From a virus (taxonomy: Duplodnaviria > Caudoviricetes): a stretch of 37,829 nt of DNA. The DNA is taken from IMG/VR virus record IMGVR_UViG_3300020592_000105, positions 1-37,829 of that record; one strand, 5' to 3'. The notes under the pieces were generated by a model. It did no database searches. It had not been told where the DNA came from and saw only the letters and a program-made list of their open reading frames with translations. Positions within the stretch are counted from its first letter, which is position 1. Each line of letters opens with the position of its first letter. Position numbers and translations under genes: made by a program. Of the stretch, positions 1 through 8,185 are shown in pieces.

Positions 1-282
1 ATGGGAATCTTCAAGGCATTCTTCCGCAATTCGGGCGAGCTCGCTTACGAGACGACGGATTTCGACGGCTTCATCGCAGAGCACCGCGCTATCTCAGGCG
101 CGGTCGGTGTCATCGACGTCAACGGGGACGACAGGAGCAACGCGGACTACATCGTCTTCGAAGTCGAAGATGCGGACCTCGACTTCGACATCTACAACCT
201 CCGTCATCTGCCGGAGGGCGTGCAGTATGTCGGGCACTACAACTCGGTGCCCGATTACCTAGACGAATCCGAAGCTGCCTGA
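1..282 (+). CDS. hypothetical phage protein (acidic)
   Basis: 93-aa ORF with coding-like codon usage, first of a tightly packed + strand run. Confidence 0.7.
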   Translation: MGIFKAFFRNSGELAYETTDFDGFIAEHRAISGAVGVIDVNGDDRSNADYIVFEVEDADLDFDIYNLRHLPEGVQYVGHYNSVPDYLDESEAA

Positions 283-292
283 GGGGGGACAC

Positions 293-421
293 ATGACCCG
301 CGAGCAGGAAATTCAGCAGCTGCGCGACCGCCTCGCCGAGGCCCGGACGCATGCTAGCTACCGCGTCGTCGAACGGATCGCGCGCGAGCTCGAAGAGAAA
401 TCGAACGGAGGCGCGAAGTGA
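293..421 (+). CDS. small hypothetical protein (42 aa, MTREQEIQQLRDRLAEAR...)
   Basis: Not in ORF track; GAGGGGG RBS before ATG 293; TGA overlaps the GTG start at 418 (GTGA coupling). Confidence 0.6.
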   Translation: MTREQEIQQLRDRLAEARTHASYRVVERIARELEEKSNGGAK

Positions 422-1032
422 AGACCGCAACACGAGAAGAGATCACGGAGCACCTGCGCGACATCCGGCACCAGCTGGCATGCTATCGCTGGAGCCTGCA
501 GGACATGTCCGACGCGATCGGCGTGTCAAAGCAGACATTCTCGCAGTACTGCATGATGCCATCGACGAAAGGCGCGCGCACGATTCCGGCCGAGAAGATT
601 GACGCTCTGCGTGCGACGGCGACCGAACTGTGGCTGGAGGCTAAGGAGAGGGGCTTTCCTTCCTGGCTTGGCCGTGACCAGTACCTGTGGTGTGTCTTCG
701 ACGCAGATATGGCGCTTGCGCTCGAAACGACGTCGCTCTGGCGCGCCGAGTGGCATGCGGCGCGGGTCGGTGGAACCGTCGTGCCCGGCCTCAGCAACGT
801 CAACCAGAACAAGCGTCGGCTCTCAGCCGACGAGGAGCTGTGCGTCGAGTGGATCAGCTACCTGAACGGCGGGATCGTCACCCGCGAGGAAGCGATGCAG
901 ATCGCCGACGTCGACCAGCACCTCATCGGCCTCGTCGGACACGAGATCTTCGCATGGCGCATTCAACCCACTGCAGAGCAGGTGCGGCGCATCCGCGACC
1001 TGCATGAACGGAGATGGCGTGATGCTGCCTAG
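418..1032 (+). CDS. XRE-like helix-turn-helix protein
   Basis: N-terminal WSLQDMSDAIGVSKQTFSQY is HTH-like; GGAGG RBS upstream. Confidence 0.6.
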   Translation: MKTATREEITEHLRDIRHQLACYRWSLQDMSDAIGVSKQTFSQYCMMPSTKGARTIPAEKIDALRATATELWLEAKERGFPSWLGRDQYLWCVFDADMALALETTSLWRAEWHAARVGGTVVPGLSNVNQNKRRLSADEELCVEWISYLNGGIVTREEAMQIADVDQHLIGLVGHEIFAWRIQPTAEQVRRIRDLHERRWRDAA

Positions 1033-1279
1033 ACCGCCAAAAAAACCGTCAGCCCGTAGCCTTCGCGTAGCGAAACCAGCGATTCCGCTGACTGGTGGAC
1101 AACCGAAGCCTTCGAGGGAAAGGAAGCCCGGGTTCGTTCGCTACCATAGACGGCCAAACGGCACCGTCTTCCGCGAGAGGGCACCGAGTTTCGCGCGTTC
1201 GGAAGCATTGCTTGCGCACGGATACGTGCTCGAAGGCTCGCCGGAAGAAGCTGCGATGAAAAAGGACGCGGGGCTGTAG
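1022..1279 (+). CDS. small basic hypothetical protein
   Basis: ATG 1022 after GGAGA; ends at the convergent hairpin. Confidence 0.4.
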   Translation: MLPRPPKKPSARSLRVAKPAIPLTGGQPKPSRERKPGFVRYHRRPNGTVFRERAPSFARSEALLAHGYVLEGSPEEAAMKKDAGL

Positions 1280-1292
1280 CCGCGGCCCCGCG
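1267..1292. terminator. GC-rich hairpin between convergent genes
   Basis: CGCGGGGC-N10-GCCCCGCG at the junction of the + strand genes and the spanin stop; no U-tract. Confidence 0.4.
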
Positions 1293-1604
1293 CTACTGCG
1301 TCGCGAGGAGCTTGCTGACCGCCTCGAGCTTGAGGCGGCAGTCCTGCCCGGCCTCTGCGAGACGGATCATGTAGAGCGCGACCTCGCGCTGGTTCGTCCA
1401 CGCTTGCCGGGCGACAGGTTCCGGCAGGCACTTCAGCAAGCGCGCCGGGACTTCGATCTTCCGTTCGACGATCTTCGGGATGACCACCTGCTTCGGCGCG
1501 GTCTGGCAGGCTGCCAGCATCAGCAGGCACAGGATCATGGCGAAAACGCCAGTTGCCCGGGCGCAGGTCGGCCACGGGTTCGGGTTCTTGACGTCGTTCA
1601 TCAC
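1293..1604 (-). CDS. o-spanin (Rz1-like lipoprotein)
   Basis: Hydrophobic signal plus lipobox LAAC, Pro-rich segment, Cys pair; last gene of lysis cassette. Confidence 0.8.
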   Translation of the reverse strand: MMNDVKNPNPWPTCARATGVFAMILCLLMLAACQTAPKQVVIPKIVERKIEVPARLLKCLPEPVARQAWTNQREVALYMIRLAEAGQDCRLKLEAVSKLLATQ

Positions 1605-1981
1605 TGGCCTCCGAAACGGTTCTGGCGGAGCTGTTCGAGGAGCGGCGCGACTGGCCCGTCGTCGGCTTCCGGAGCCGCATGAACCCCGGCCTCAGCGTCC
1701 CGCGCGGCGTCGGCAGCCGCGGCCAGCGCCTCGTAGGCCTCTTCCATTGCAGTGAGGACGGCGCGCTGCTGGGCTTCTGCCCGGGCGAGCTGCTCGGCGT
1801 TGTTCTCGGCGATCGCGACGGCAGCCTGCATAGCCGCCTTCGCGTCTACGAGTTCCCGTCGCGCTTCGACGAGATCCGACTTCAGTCCGGTGTAGTGCCA
1901 CCAGCCGAGCGCAAGCCCTCCGGCGGCGAGGATTGCGCAGAGGATACGCGGATCGAGCAGGAGGCGCAGGATGAAACTCAT
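1601..1981 (-). CDS. i-spanin (Rz-like)
   Basis: N-terminal TM helix then Ala-rich coiled coil and C-terminal DGPVAPLL; overlaps o-spanin start. Confidence 0.8.
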   Translation of the reverse strand: MSFILRLLLDPRILCAILAAGGLALGWWHYTGLKSDLVEARRELVDAKAAMQAAVAIAENNAEQLARAEAQQRAVLTAMEEAYEALAAAADAARDAEAGVHAAPEADDGPVAPLLEQLRQNRFGGQ

Positions 1982-2313
1982 TCAAGCGGCTCCTCGTCGT
2001 GGTGCGGCCTGCGTACGGAGCGGCCGCGCGAGAAGGCCAGCGTCATGACGTCGGACAGCGACGGCAGCCCCCTTGAGATGCGGTGGTCGCCGTAGCCGAC
2101 GGCCATGTAGGTGGCGATGAGGCCCAGCACCCACGGGCCCAGCGCTGTCAGGATGTCGGCAGTGTCCGGGTTCATCGACCAGGTGCCGTATCCGGCAAGC
2201 GCGAACATGAGAGCGAGCGACGCGACGGTGATACGCTTAGAGAAGGTGCGAGTGGCTTCCTTGCCGGCGGGAGGATTTCCGGCGGCGGGAGGGCGTGGCC
2301 TGGGTGCAGTCAT
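1978..2313 (-). CDS. holin (2 TM)
   Basis: Start re-called at ATG 2313 (ATGA overlap); two hydrophobic helices, charged C-terminus; located between endolysin and spanins. Confidence 0.65.
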   Translation of the reverse strand: MTAPRPRPPAAGNPPAGKEATRTFSKRITVASLALMFALAGYGTWSMNPDTADILTALGPWVLGLIATYMAVGYGDHRISRGLPSLSDVMTLAFSRGRSVRRPHHDEEPLE

Positions 2314-2564
2314 TGGAACCTCGTTTCGATCTTCAGTCCGGAAGCCTCGGCGATCGCGCACAGGACCTTCAGCCCGAGCGTCTCGCCTTCGCCGCGTTCG
2401 AGGGCCGTCAGGTGGGCCTTGCGGCAGGTGGGCCAGCGCTGGGCGATCTGCCCGGCGGTGAGCCTGTTCTTGCGAATGTGCTCTGCCAGCGCCTCCGACA
2501 GGTCCTCCTGCATGCGGCGGTACGTGAGCGGGACGTACTTCTCTGGGATCAGCGGAGTAGCCAT
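2310..2564 (-). CDS. XRE/Cro-like HTH protein (84 aa) inside the lysis cassette
   Basis: Start re-called at ATG 2564 (TGATG overlap with endolysin stop, GGAGG RBS); LTAGQIAQRWPTCRKAHLTALERG...LKVLCAIAEASG is XRE-like. Confidence 0.65.
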   Translation of the reverse strand: MATPLIPEKYVPLTYRRMQEDLSEALAEHIRKNRLTAGQIAQRWPTCRKAHLTALERGEGETLGLKVLCAIAEASGLKIETRFQ

Positions 2565-3262
2565 CACGCCTCCTCCGTCGAAGACGCGTCGTTGGAACGG
2601 ATGAGCGGCGCAGGCTTGTCCGGCAGCAGGAAGCCATGCGGCCAGTACAGGCCGACAAGCCTGCCGCGATCGAACGGTGCGATGCTCACGCGGTCCCCTT
2701 GGTTTCCGCCGAGGATTAGAGGCCTTCCGCGCTGATCCCAACCGACAAGGAAGCCGACATGACCCTGCCAGCCGTTCGGATTGCCGCGCCAGAAGACGGC
2801 AACTGCGCCCACGGGAGCGGAGCGCTCGCCGATTTTCAGGCCCCATTTCTCGTAGGAGCGCGCCGCTGCGGATCGTGTGCTCGGAACGCCCACTTCTTCC
2901 AGGCAGTAGCCAACGAAGGCTGCACACCAGCTGGTCTCATCGTCCCTGAAAGGAAGCGTGAGAGTCTCCCACATCCTCACAATGACAGGGTTGTGGCGGC
3001 TGCCCTTGATCTCCTGCTGTCCGTTGAGGCTGCGTGCGACGTCCATCCAGAGCGGCTGCCCGGAGGCGGTACGTTTCGGCCTCGTGTCGCTGAAGAGCGA
3101 TGCATCCGTCAGAGGGCCATAGTACGACCGAGGCACGAGGCCCACGCTTTTCTTGAATGCGACGATGGCCGCGTCGGTTTTCGGCCCCGGCTTGCCGTCC
3201 AGCGGCCCGGGGTCGAACCCCAGCGCCTTCAGCCGTTTCTGAATCTCGATGGTCGCACGCAC
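2564..3262 (-). CDS. endolysin: peptidoglycan-binding domain plus NlpC/P60-like (TIGR02594-type) domain
   Basis: IQKRLKALGFDPGPLDGKPGPKTDAAIVAF (PG-binding); DDETSWCAAFV, GHVGF, LGGNQGD catalytic motifs; GTG start after GGAGG. Confidence 0.9.
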   Translation of the reverse strand: MRATIEIQKRLKALGFDPGPLDGKPGPKTDAAIVAFKKSVGLVPRSYYGPLTDASLFSDTRPKRTASGQPLWMDVARSLNGQQEIKGSRHNPVIVRMWETLTLPFRDDETSWCAAFVGYCLEEVGVPSTRSAAARSYEKWGLKIGERSAPVGAVAVFWRGNPNGWQGHVGFLVGWDQRGRPLILGGNQGDRVSIAPFDRGRLVGLYWPHGFLLPDKPAPLIRSNDASSTEEA

Positions 3263-3368
3263 TGCCAGCCCTCCCGAAGGTCCTCTCCGGAAGAGTCTCA
3301 GCCGGCCGGCGGAATAGAACAAAGGAAATGTTACGTTATTTCGTTACATTTTGACGCTGAGGCTGCCG

Positions 3369-5075
3369 TCACGCGGCCAGCGCCTGCGGAGCGTCGACGT
3401 AGTTTGCGGTTGTTCTGTCGCCCATCGCTCGGAAGCGACCGTCGGAAGTCATGCAGATCAGAGCGCGCTTGCCCGAGTGATAAAGAACGATGTGCGCGTG
3501 CGCCCAAGTCGTAGGCCCTTTGTTGTAGCCTTGGTAGAGGCTGGCGCTCACGCCTGCGACGAACACGCCCTCCACGATCTTCGGAGTGTGGGTGTGCCCG
3601 GTGGACGTCTTTGGGCCGAAGCGGCGGTACTGGCCCGGGGAGCCTCGACTGCCGCCGACGCCGAGGTCGCCGTGCATGCCGCATTCGACCCCGGCCAGCA
3701 CGAACGACCCGCCCGAGGGGACGAACCAGACGTGTTCATCAAGCCCGGCCTCGCGCATCGCGGTTTCGACGATGTTGACCTCCGAACCGCTCCGGATCGA
3801 CCTGTGCCAGAGCGCGTTCAGGTGATGCCAGTAGTATGCGTTGGCCGGGTCGGACTGGCCGTCGGTGCAGGCAAGCCAGCGAGCGAGCGCCGCGTCGTGG
3901 TTCGACTCGACCATGACCGTCCGGCACCAGTCCCGGGAGCAGCCGTTGATGAAGGCTGCTGCAGCCGACACTTCGTCCTCAACCTCGTCCGTCGTCTGCT
4001 TCAGGACGCGGGCGCGCTGATGCGGGTTTTTCGCGTCGTGATGGTTGCGGACCCTGAAGTCGAGGGTGTCGTGCATGAACTGGTAGGACGGCTGCAGCCC
4101 GTCCAGAAGGTTGTCGTCTGTAACGAATCTGCCGTCCGGCAGGCAGCCCCACGAGGCTACCGAAATCACGGGGTCAAGCTGTTCGTGATGCACGTCGCCC
4201 CAGGTGATGGCCAGCACCGCCTTGCCGTCCTCGACAACCCCGCCGGACACGAAAACGTCCAGGTCCTGGAACGAGCCGTCGTCCTGCGCGGTGATGTGGC
4301 GCATGAACACCTCGCCGTCGACGTCGATCTCGATGAGCAGCGCTCCGTAGGTGTGGTGGAATATGCCCTTCTGGCCCGCCGCCCGGGCCGTGTAGTTGGG
4401 CCGAGTGACCGTTCCCGTCGTGGTTGCGTAGCGCGGCGGCTGAGACTGCATGCGCGGGATGCTCTCGAAGGCGATCCGGGAGTGGGGAATGACGACATGT
4501 CCGCCCCTATTGGCCGTCGTCCATCCGTTCAGCGGATTTGACGACGTGGGCAGGATGTTGGCGTTGCCCAGATAGAGGAGGTCGGGCGTGATCTGGACGC
4601 GTTCGTGACACAGGTATGGAGCGATGCGGCTGTCGTACACGTTCGCTTCGGCCGCATGATCCTCAAACAGGCCGAGCTGGTAGGTGTAGCCGCCGATGAA
4701 CATCTGCGCGCCGATGTGGACGGCGTAGGCTTCGAGGTTCTCGAGGAAGGGTTCGAACACCGGGGTGTCGTCCTGTGCACCCGAGACGACGAAGCGATGG
4801 ACGACACCGCGCGGAAGATTGGCGTCGATGACGGGGATGTGAGAAATGCGGACGGGCTTCTTCTTTTCTCTGACCGCGTTCTCCGCCTTCGGCGTGGGGG
4901 GGGCCTTAGCTTTGGTTCGGGGCTTCTTCGCGGCCGGGTTCAGACTGTGCCAGGCTTCCCGGGCACGATGGAAAGTCCAACCGAGCTGCCTTTGGATCTC
5001 ACGAATGGACGCGCCTTCGGCGGCCAGTTCTCGAATGGACCTTGCGTCGGCCCGGACATCATTGCGTCTGCTCAT
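3369..5075 (-). CDS. phage T5 A1-like protein (calcineurin-like metallophosphoesterase/nuclease) with N-terminal HTH
   Basis: Motifs GDVHH, HDTLD, ESNHD, MHGD, GHTH, plus NILPT...PLNG, TTGTVT..NY..RAAGQKG.FHH and GYNKGPTTW recalled from the A1 family; N-terminal GASIREIQRQLGWT HTH. Confidence 0.7.
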   Translation of the reverse strand: MSRRNDVRADARSIRELAAEGASIREIQRQLGWTFHRAREAWHSLNPAAKKPRTKAKAPPTPKAENAVREKKKPVRISHIPVIDANLPRGVVHRFVVSGAQDDTPVFEPFLENLEAYAVHIGAQMFIGGYTYQLGLFEDHAAEANVYDSRIAPYLCHERVQITPDLLYLGNANILPTSSNPLNGWTTANRGGHVVIPHSRIAFESIPRMQSQPPRYATTTGTVTRPNYTARAAGQKGIFHHTYGALLIEIDVDGEVFMRHITAQDDGSFQDLDVFVSGGVVEDGKAVLAITWGDVHHEQLDPVISVASWGCLPDGRFVTDDNLLDGLQPSYQFMHDTLDFRVRNHHDAKNPHQRARVLKQTTDEVEDEVSAAAAFINGCSRDWCRTVMVESNHDAALARWLACTDGQSDPANAYYWHHLNALWHRSIRSGSEVNIVETAMREAGLDEHVWFVPSGGSFVLAGVECGMHGDLGVGGSRGSPGQYRRFGPKTSTGHTHTPKIVEGVFVAGVSASLYQGYNKGPTTWAHAHIVLYHSGKRALICMTSDGRFRAMGDRTTANYVDAPQALAA

Positions 5076-5198
5076 CACCGCCCCTGTTCCGAGTGATAAG
5101 AACAGCGTCCTTGCCGGCGGGAATGTAATCAACCCCTTGTGTTGAAATTTTAACCTTCCACTAGAACAAGTGTGTTGACGCGGTTTGGTGCCGCCGCA

Positions 5199-5453
5199 TC
5201 AGATACCCAGTTTTGCCTTAACGTAGGGCACGAGAAATCCCATCCCGATTCCGGCGATCGAGGCCGCGCCGGCGACATATGCCTTGTCGGCCGTGCGCTT
5301 GGACTTGAGGTCGGCAATGTCGACCCCGTGCTTGTCGACGGTGGCGCGCATGTCGGTCTGGGTGCGGAGGTAGCTGTCGAGCTTCTCTTCCATGCGGGCC
5401 TGGCCGCGGATGACTTCGAGGAGTTCTTTGCTCGGGAAGGCTTCGCCGCTCAT
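5199..5453 (-). CDS. small coiled-coil protein with C-terminal TM (XhlA/holin-accessory-like)
   Basis: ARMEEKLD coiled coil followed by one TM helix; typical between tail and lysis genes. Confidence 0.6.
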   Translation of the reverse strand: MSGEAFPSKELLEVIRGQARMEEKLDSYLRTQTDMRATVDKHGVDIADLKSKRTADKAYVAGAASIAGIGMGFLVPYVKAKLGI

Positions 5454-5508
5454 GTTTCATTTCCGGGGTGCAGGATGTTGACGCTCAGACAGCTTCGCCC
5501 TGGCGATC

Positions 5509-5521
5509 TGCAACATCCAAG
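5509..5521 (-). promoter_or_regulatory. copy of putative late-promoter motif (CTTGGATGTTGCA)
   Basis: Resembles the copies at 18007, 23789 and 33610; 56 nt upstream of ATG 5453. Confidence 0.4.
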
Positions 5522-5532
5522 CCCGCTGACTG

Positions 5533-5775
5533 CTATTCCTCGTCCTCGGGCGGTTCGTCGGCCCTGACGACGTTGGTCGCCACGATGGCGCTCGAAACGT
5601 CGCACGTCCCCGTCGAGCCGAAGACCAGCGTCTCGCTGCCGGGGTCGCCGCGGCGAGAGCGCGAGTCCTGCACCGACGAGATCGGCGGACGGGACATCTG
5701 CTGCTTCAAGAAGGCGCGCTGGGCGTCGACCCGCATCTGCATCAGCAGCATCTGTGTCGAGGGCTGGGATGCCAT
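5533..5775 (-). CDS. small tail-region hypothetical protein
   Basis: AAGGAG RBS; follows the tail tip gene. Confidence 0.6.
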   Translation of the reverse strand: MASQPSTQMLLMQMRVDAQRAFLKQQMSRPPISSVQDSRSRRGDPGSETLVFGSTGTCDVSSAIVATNVVRADEPPEDEE

Positions 5776-5784
5776 GGTTGCTCC

Positions 5785-7689
5785 TTACAGCTGGATGCCG
5801 ACGGGCACGGGCAGCGGGTCGACGGTGACCTGCAGGCGGCGCGTGATCATGTCTTCCTCCTGGATAGGTATGACGTCAATCTGAACCCGCGTCGGCATCT
5901 GCTGGATCTTGGCAACCGGGTCTTCCTCGAACAGGGCCGCCGACTTCTGCGCGGCATAGCCGTTGACGACCGTGACCGTGGCAAGCTGCGCGGGAAGCGC
6001 AGCCGCGTTGACGGGCTGCCGTGCGGTGGGAGCCTTCAGCTTGTAGCTGACGTCGCCGTCAATGGTCGTGCCCCCCTCGGTTTCGATCTCCTCGTCGCTG
6101 CCTGCGGGAACGTGCATTGTGACGGATGCGCGGCGGCCAGACCCGTCGGCGACGAGCCGGACGGACACGACTTTTCCCGTAGCCGTTCCGGTCGCGTTGC
6201 CCTCGGACCTGAGCAGCCTGTGCGTGACAGTGCAGGTGTCGCGGGTCGACATGGCGATCCCGTCTTCCCAAGCACAGTCGAAGCTCACCTCGATGCAGTG
6301 GGCGCGGCGGAGCACGATGCGCTTCAGGCGGCGCAGCGCGTGCCTGACAGAGCGCGTTCCCCGGTCGGTGTCGAAATAGGTCGGCGCGGTTTCGTCAGTT
6401 CGCGCTGCGCGCTTCGGCACCCGCTTCCACCAGCGGGTGTAGGTCATCGTGGTCATGTCGAGCTTGCCGACGCGGAAGCGCTCCGTTTCGTCCGGCTCTG
6501 CGACGCACTCCCAGCGCCGCCCGTTTGCCTGCACGACGTCACCGACGTTGTAGCTGACCGGATCGAGAGTCTCAGGGTCTTCGGCGACCCAGTGCGGGGT
6601 CACGTGGTCGATATTGAGCGGCGCGAGCTGAATGACGTCGACCAGTTCTTTGCGGTCGTCTCCCATCATGCGCTGCGCGTGAGCGGGCATCTCGACGTCG
6701 AGGTATTCCTCGCGCTGCTGCGTGTAGTCGTAGCCGAGGCGGACAAGCCCGGCGACGGAGCCGGCAGACAGCATCAGCTGCGCCGTGACCACGCTCGGGT
6801 CATCGTTGACAAGCGATCTGCCGACGTCGAAAACGTCCGGCAGCAGGTCGCGGCTGACGCTCTCGATGCGGCTTTCGGCCACCGTCCATCCGGTGTTCTG
6901 CCCGACAGGCGTTCCCTCGGCGGGCCATGCCGCCACGAGGTCGTCGAACGAGTAGGTCTTGATGGGTTCCGTCGGGTCGATGCAGGGGAAGGTCGACGTC
7001 CCGCGGGCTTCCTGTGTGAACGCCGCGACCACGCGCAGCTTGGTGAGCGCCCGGGGCGGCTCCAGCGAAGCAACGCGCAGCGCCCCCTCGAAGCCTTCGA
7101 GGCCGATCTCGTGATGCGTGCCGCCTGACAGCGTGCCCGACAGGGACGTCGCGCTGCAGTAGCCCTTCCTTGAGAGGTGGACGCGCTCGAGGTTCAGCGT
7201 CGTGCGGTGCCAGCGCCACAGCTCGCACCGGGCGGCCAACACGTTCGTCGGGTCGTCGGACGCGTCCCGCGAGTAGAACAGGGGGTCATACTCCTCGGAG
7301 CCGGCGACAGGGCTTTCCGGATCGTAGGGGTCTTCGGGTTCAAGTTCACCGATACGCAGCGCGTCGGCTGCTTCCTTCAGGACTTCGTCTTCGTCGGCCG
7401 GAACGCAGGTGAACTCGAGTTCGATCGTGTCTCCCCCGAGATCGACGGGCATCGACGACAGGCGGCCCTTTGCGAGCAGGATTGTGCCATCGTAGAACTC
7501 CGCCGTCTTGCCGATCCCGGCAGAGTTGAAGAAGCCGCCGATGCCAGGGTTCGGGATGACGACGCGGAAGAACGGCACGACGACGTCTCCCTGAACGGTC
7601 TCGTCAAGGAAGCCGGAGAAGCAGGCGATGCCGTTGCCGGAACCTGCTTCTGGGATGGCGCGGCTGTTGGTCCAGACGAGCTTCAGCAT
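5785..7689 (-). CDS. tail tip/hub structural protein
   Basis: Large acidic ORF after TMP and Dit-like gene; internal SYNVGDVVQANGRRWECV resembles a small carbohydrate-binding module; start re-called at ATG 7689. Confidence 0.65.
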   Translation of the reverse strand: MLKLVWTNSRAIPEAGSGNGIACFSGFLDETVQGDVVVPFFRVVIPNPGIGGFFNSAGIGKTAEFYDGTILLAKGRLSSMPVDLGGDTIELEFTCVPADEDEVLKEAADALRIGELEPEDPYDPESPVAGSEEYDPLFYSRDASDDPTNVLAARCELWRWHRTTLNLERVHLSRKGYCSATSLSGTLSGGTHHEIGLEGFEGALRVASLEPPRALTKLRVVAAFTQEARGTSTFPCIDPTEPIKTYSFDDLVAAWPAEGTPVGQNTGWTVAESRIESVSRDLLPDVFDVGRSLVNDDPSVVTAQLMLSAGSVAGLVRLGYDYTQQREEYLDVEMPAHAQRMMGDDRKELVDVIQLAPLNIDHVTPHWVAEDPETLDPVSYNVGDVVQANGRRWECVAEPDETERFRVGKLDMTTMTYTRWWKRVPKRAARTDETAPTYFDTDRGTRSVRHALRRLKRIVLRRAHCIEVSFDCAWEDGIAMSTRDTCTVTHRLLRSEGNATGTATGKVVSVRLVADGSGRRASVTMHVPAGSDEEIETEGGTTIDGDVSYKLKAPTARQPVNAAALPAQLATVTVVNGYAAQKSAALFEEDPVAKIQQMPTRVQIDVIPIQEEDMITRRLQVTVDPLPVPVGIQL

Positions 7690-7693
7690 GCGT

Positions 7694-8185
7694 CTAAGCT
7701 CCCAGGCTCGGATGCGCATATTCTTCGGCGACGAGCTGCCACGAGTGCAGCTTCGTGCGCTCGTTCACGCTGACCCGCCACGGCTCCGTTACGACGAGAT
7801 CGAGCACCGGGCGATAAAGCCTGCGGCCGGACGTTCCCGCAACGAAATGAGCGTCGACGATGCGGGTCGTTCCGGTGTGAGCAGCTCGCTGCTGTGGTTT
7901 CGTGGTCGGCTCGCTCCACTCCTCGGCGGGTACGAGCGAAAAGCGCTCGCCCGGCCACAGGTGAGCCAGCGCCGGAGGCACGAGGTCCTCGTCGCATGAA
8001 AGCGTGACGCGGTAGAGCCGGAACTGGGGAGCCGTCAGATTGACGGCCGTGCCGTTCCAGGTGCGCACGATGTTGGCGCTTTCGGCGATGGGAGCGTATT
8101 CCGTCGTCACGTTCATGCACGACTGCCAGCCGGGATAGAGAGCGCTGGCGATGAGCGCCGTCGGGATCGGGTAGGTCTCGGACAT
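7694..8185 (-). CDS. distal tail (Dit-like) protein
   Basis: Directly after TMP; RTWNG..NL..PQFRLYR...PPA...WPG...YRP pattern seen in rhizobial siphophage tails. Confidence 0.6.
   Translation of the reverse strand: MSETYPIPTALIASALYPGWQSCMNVTTEYAPIAESANIVRTWNGTAVNLTAPQFRLYRVTLSCDEDLVPPALAHLWPGERFSLVPAEEWSEPTTKPQQRAAHTGTTRIVDAHFVAGTSGRRLYRPVLDLVVTEPWRVSVNERTKLHSWQLVAEEYAHPSLGA

Noticed and set aside
3351-5483. Recurrent + strand TTGACGC in late intergenic regions (3351, 5176, 5478) as antisense promoters
   Set aside because: No convincing -10 elements at the correct spacing; short hexamers are not enough support
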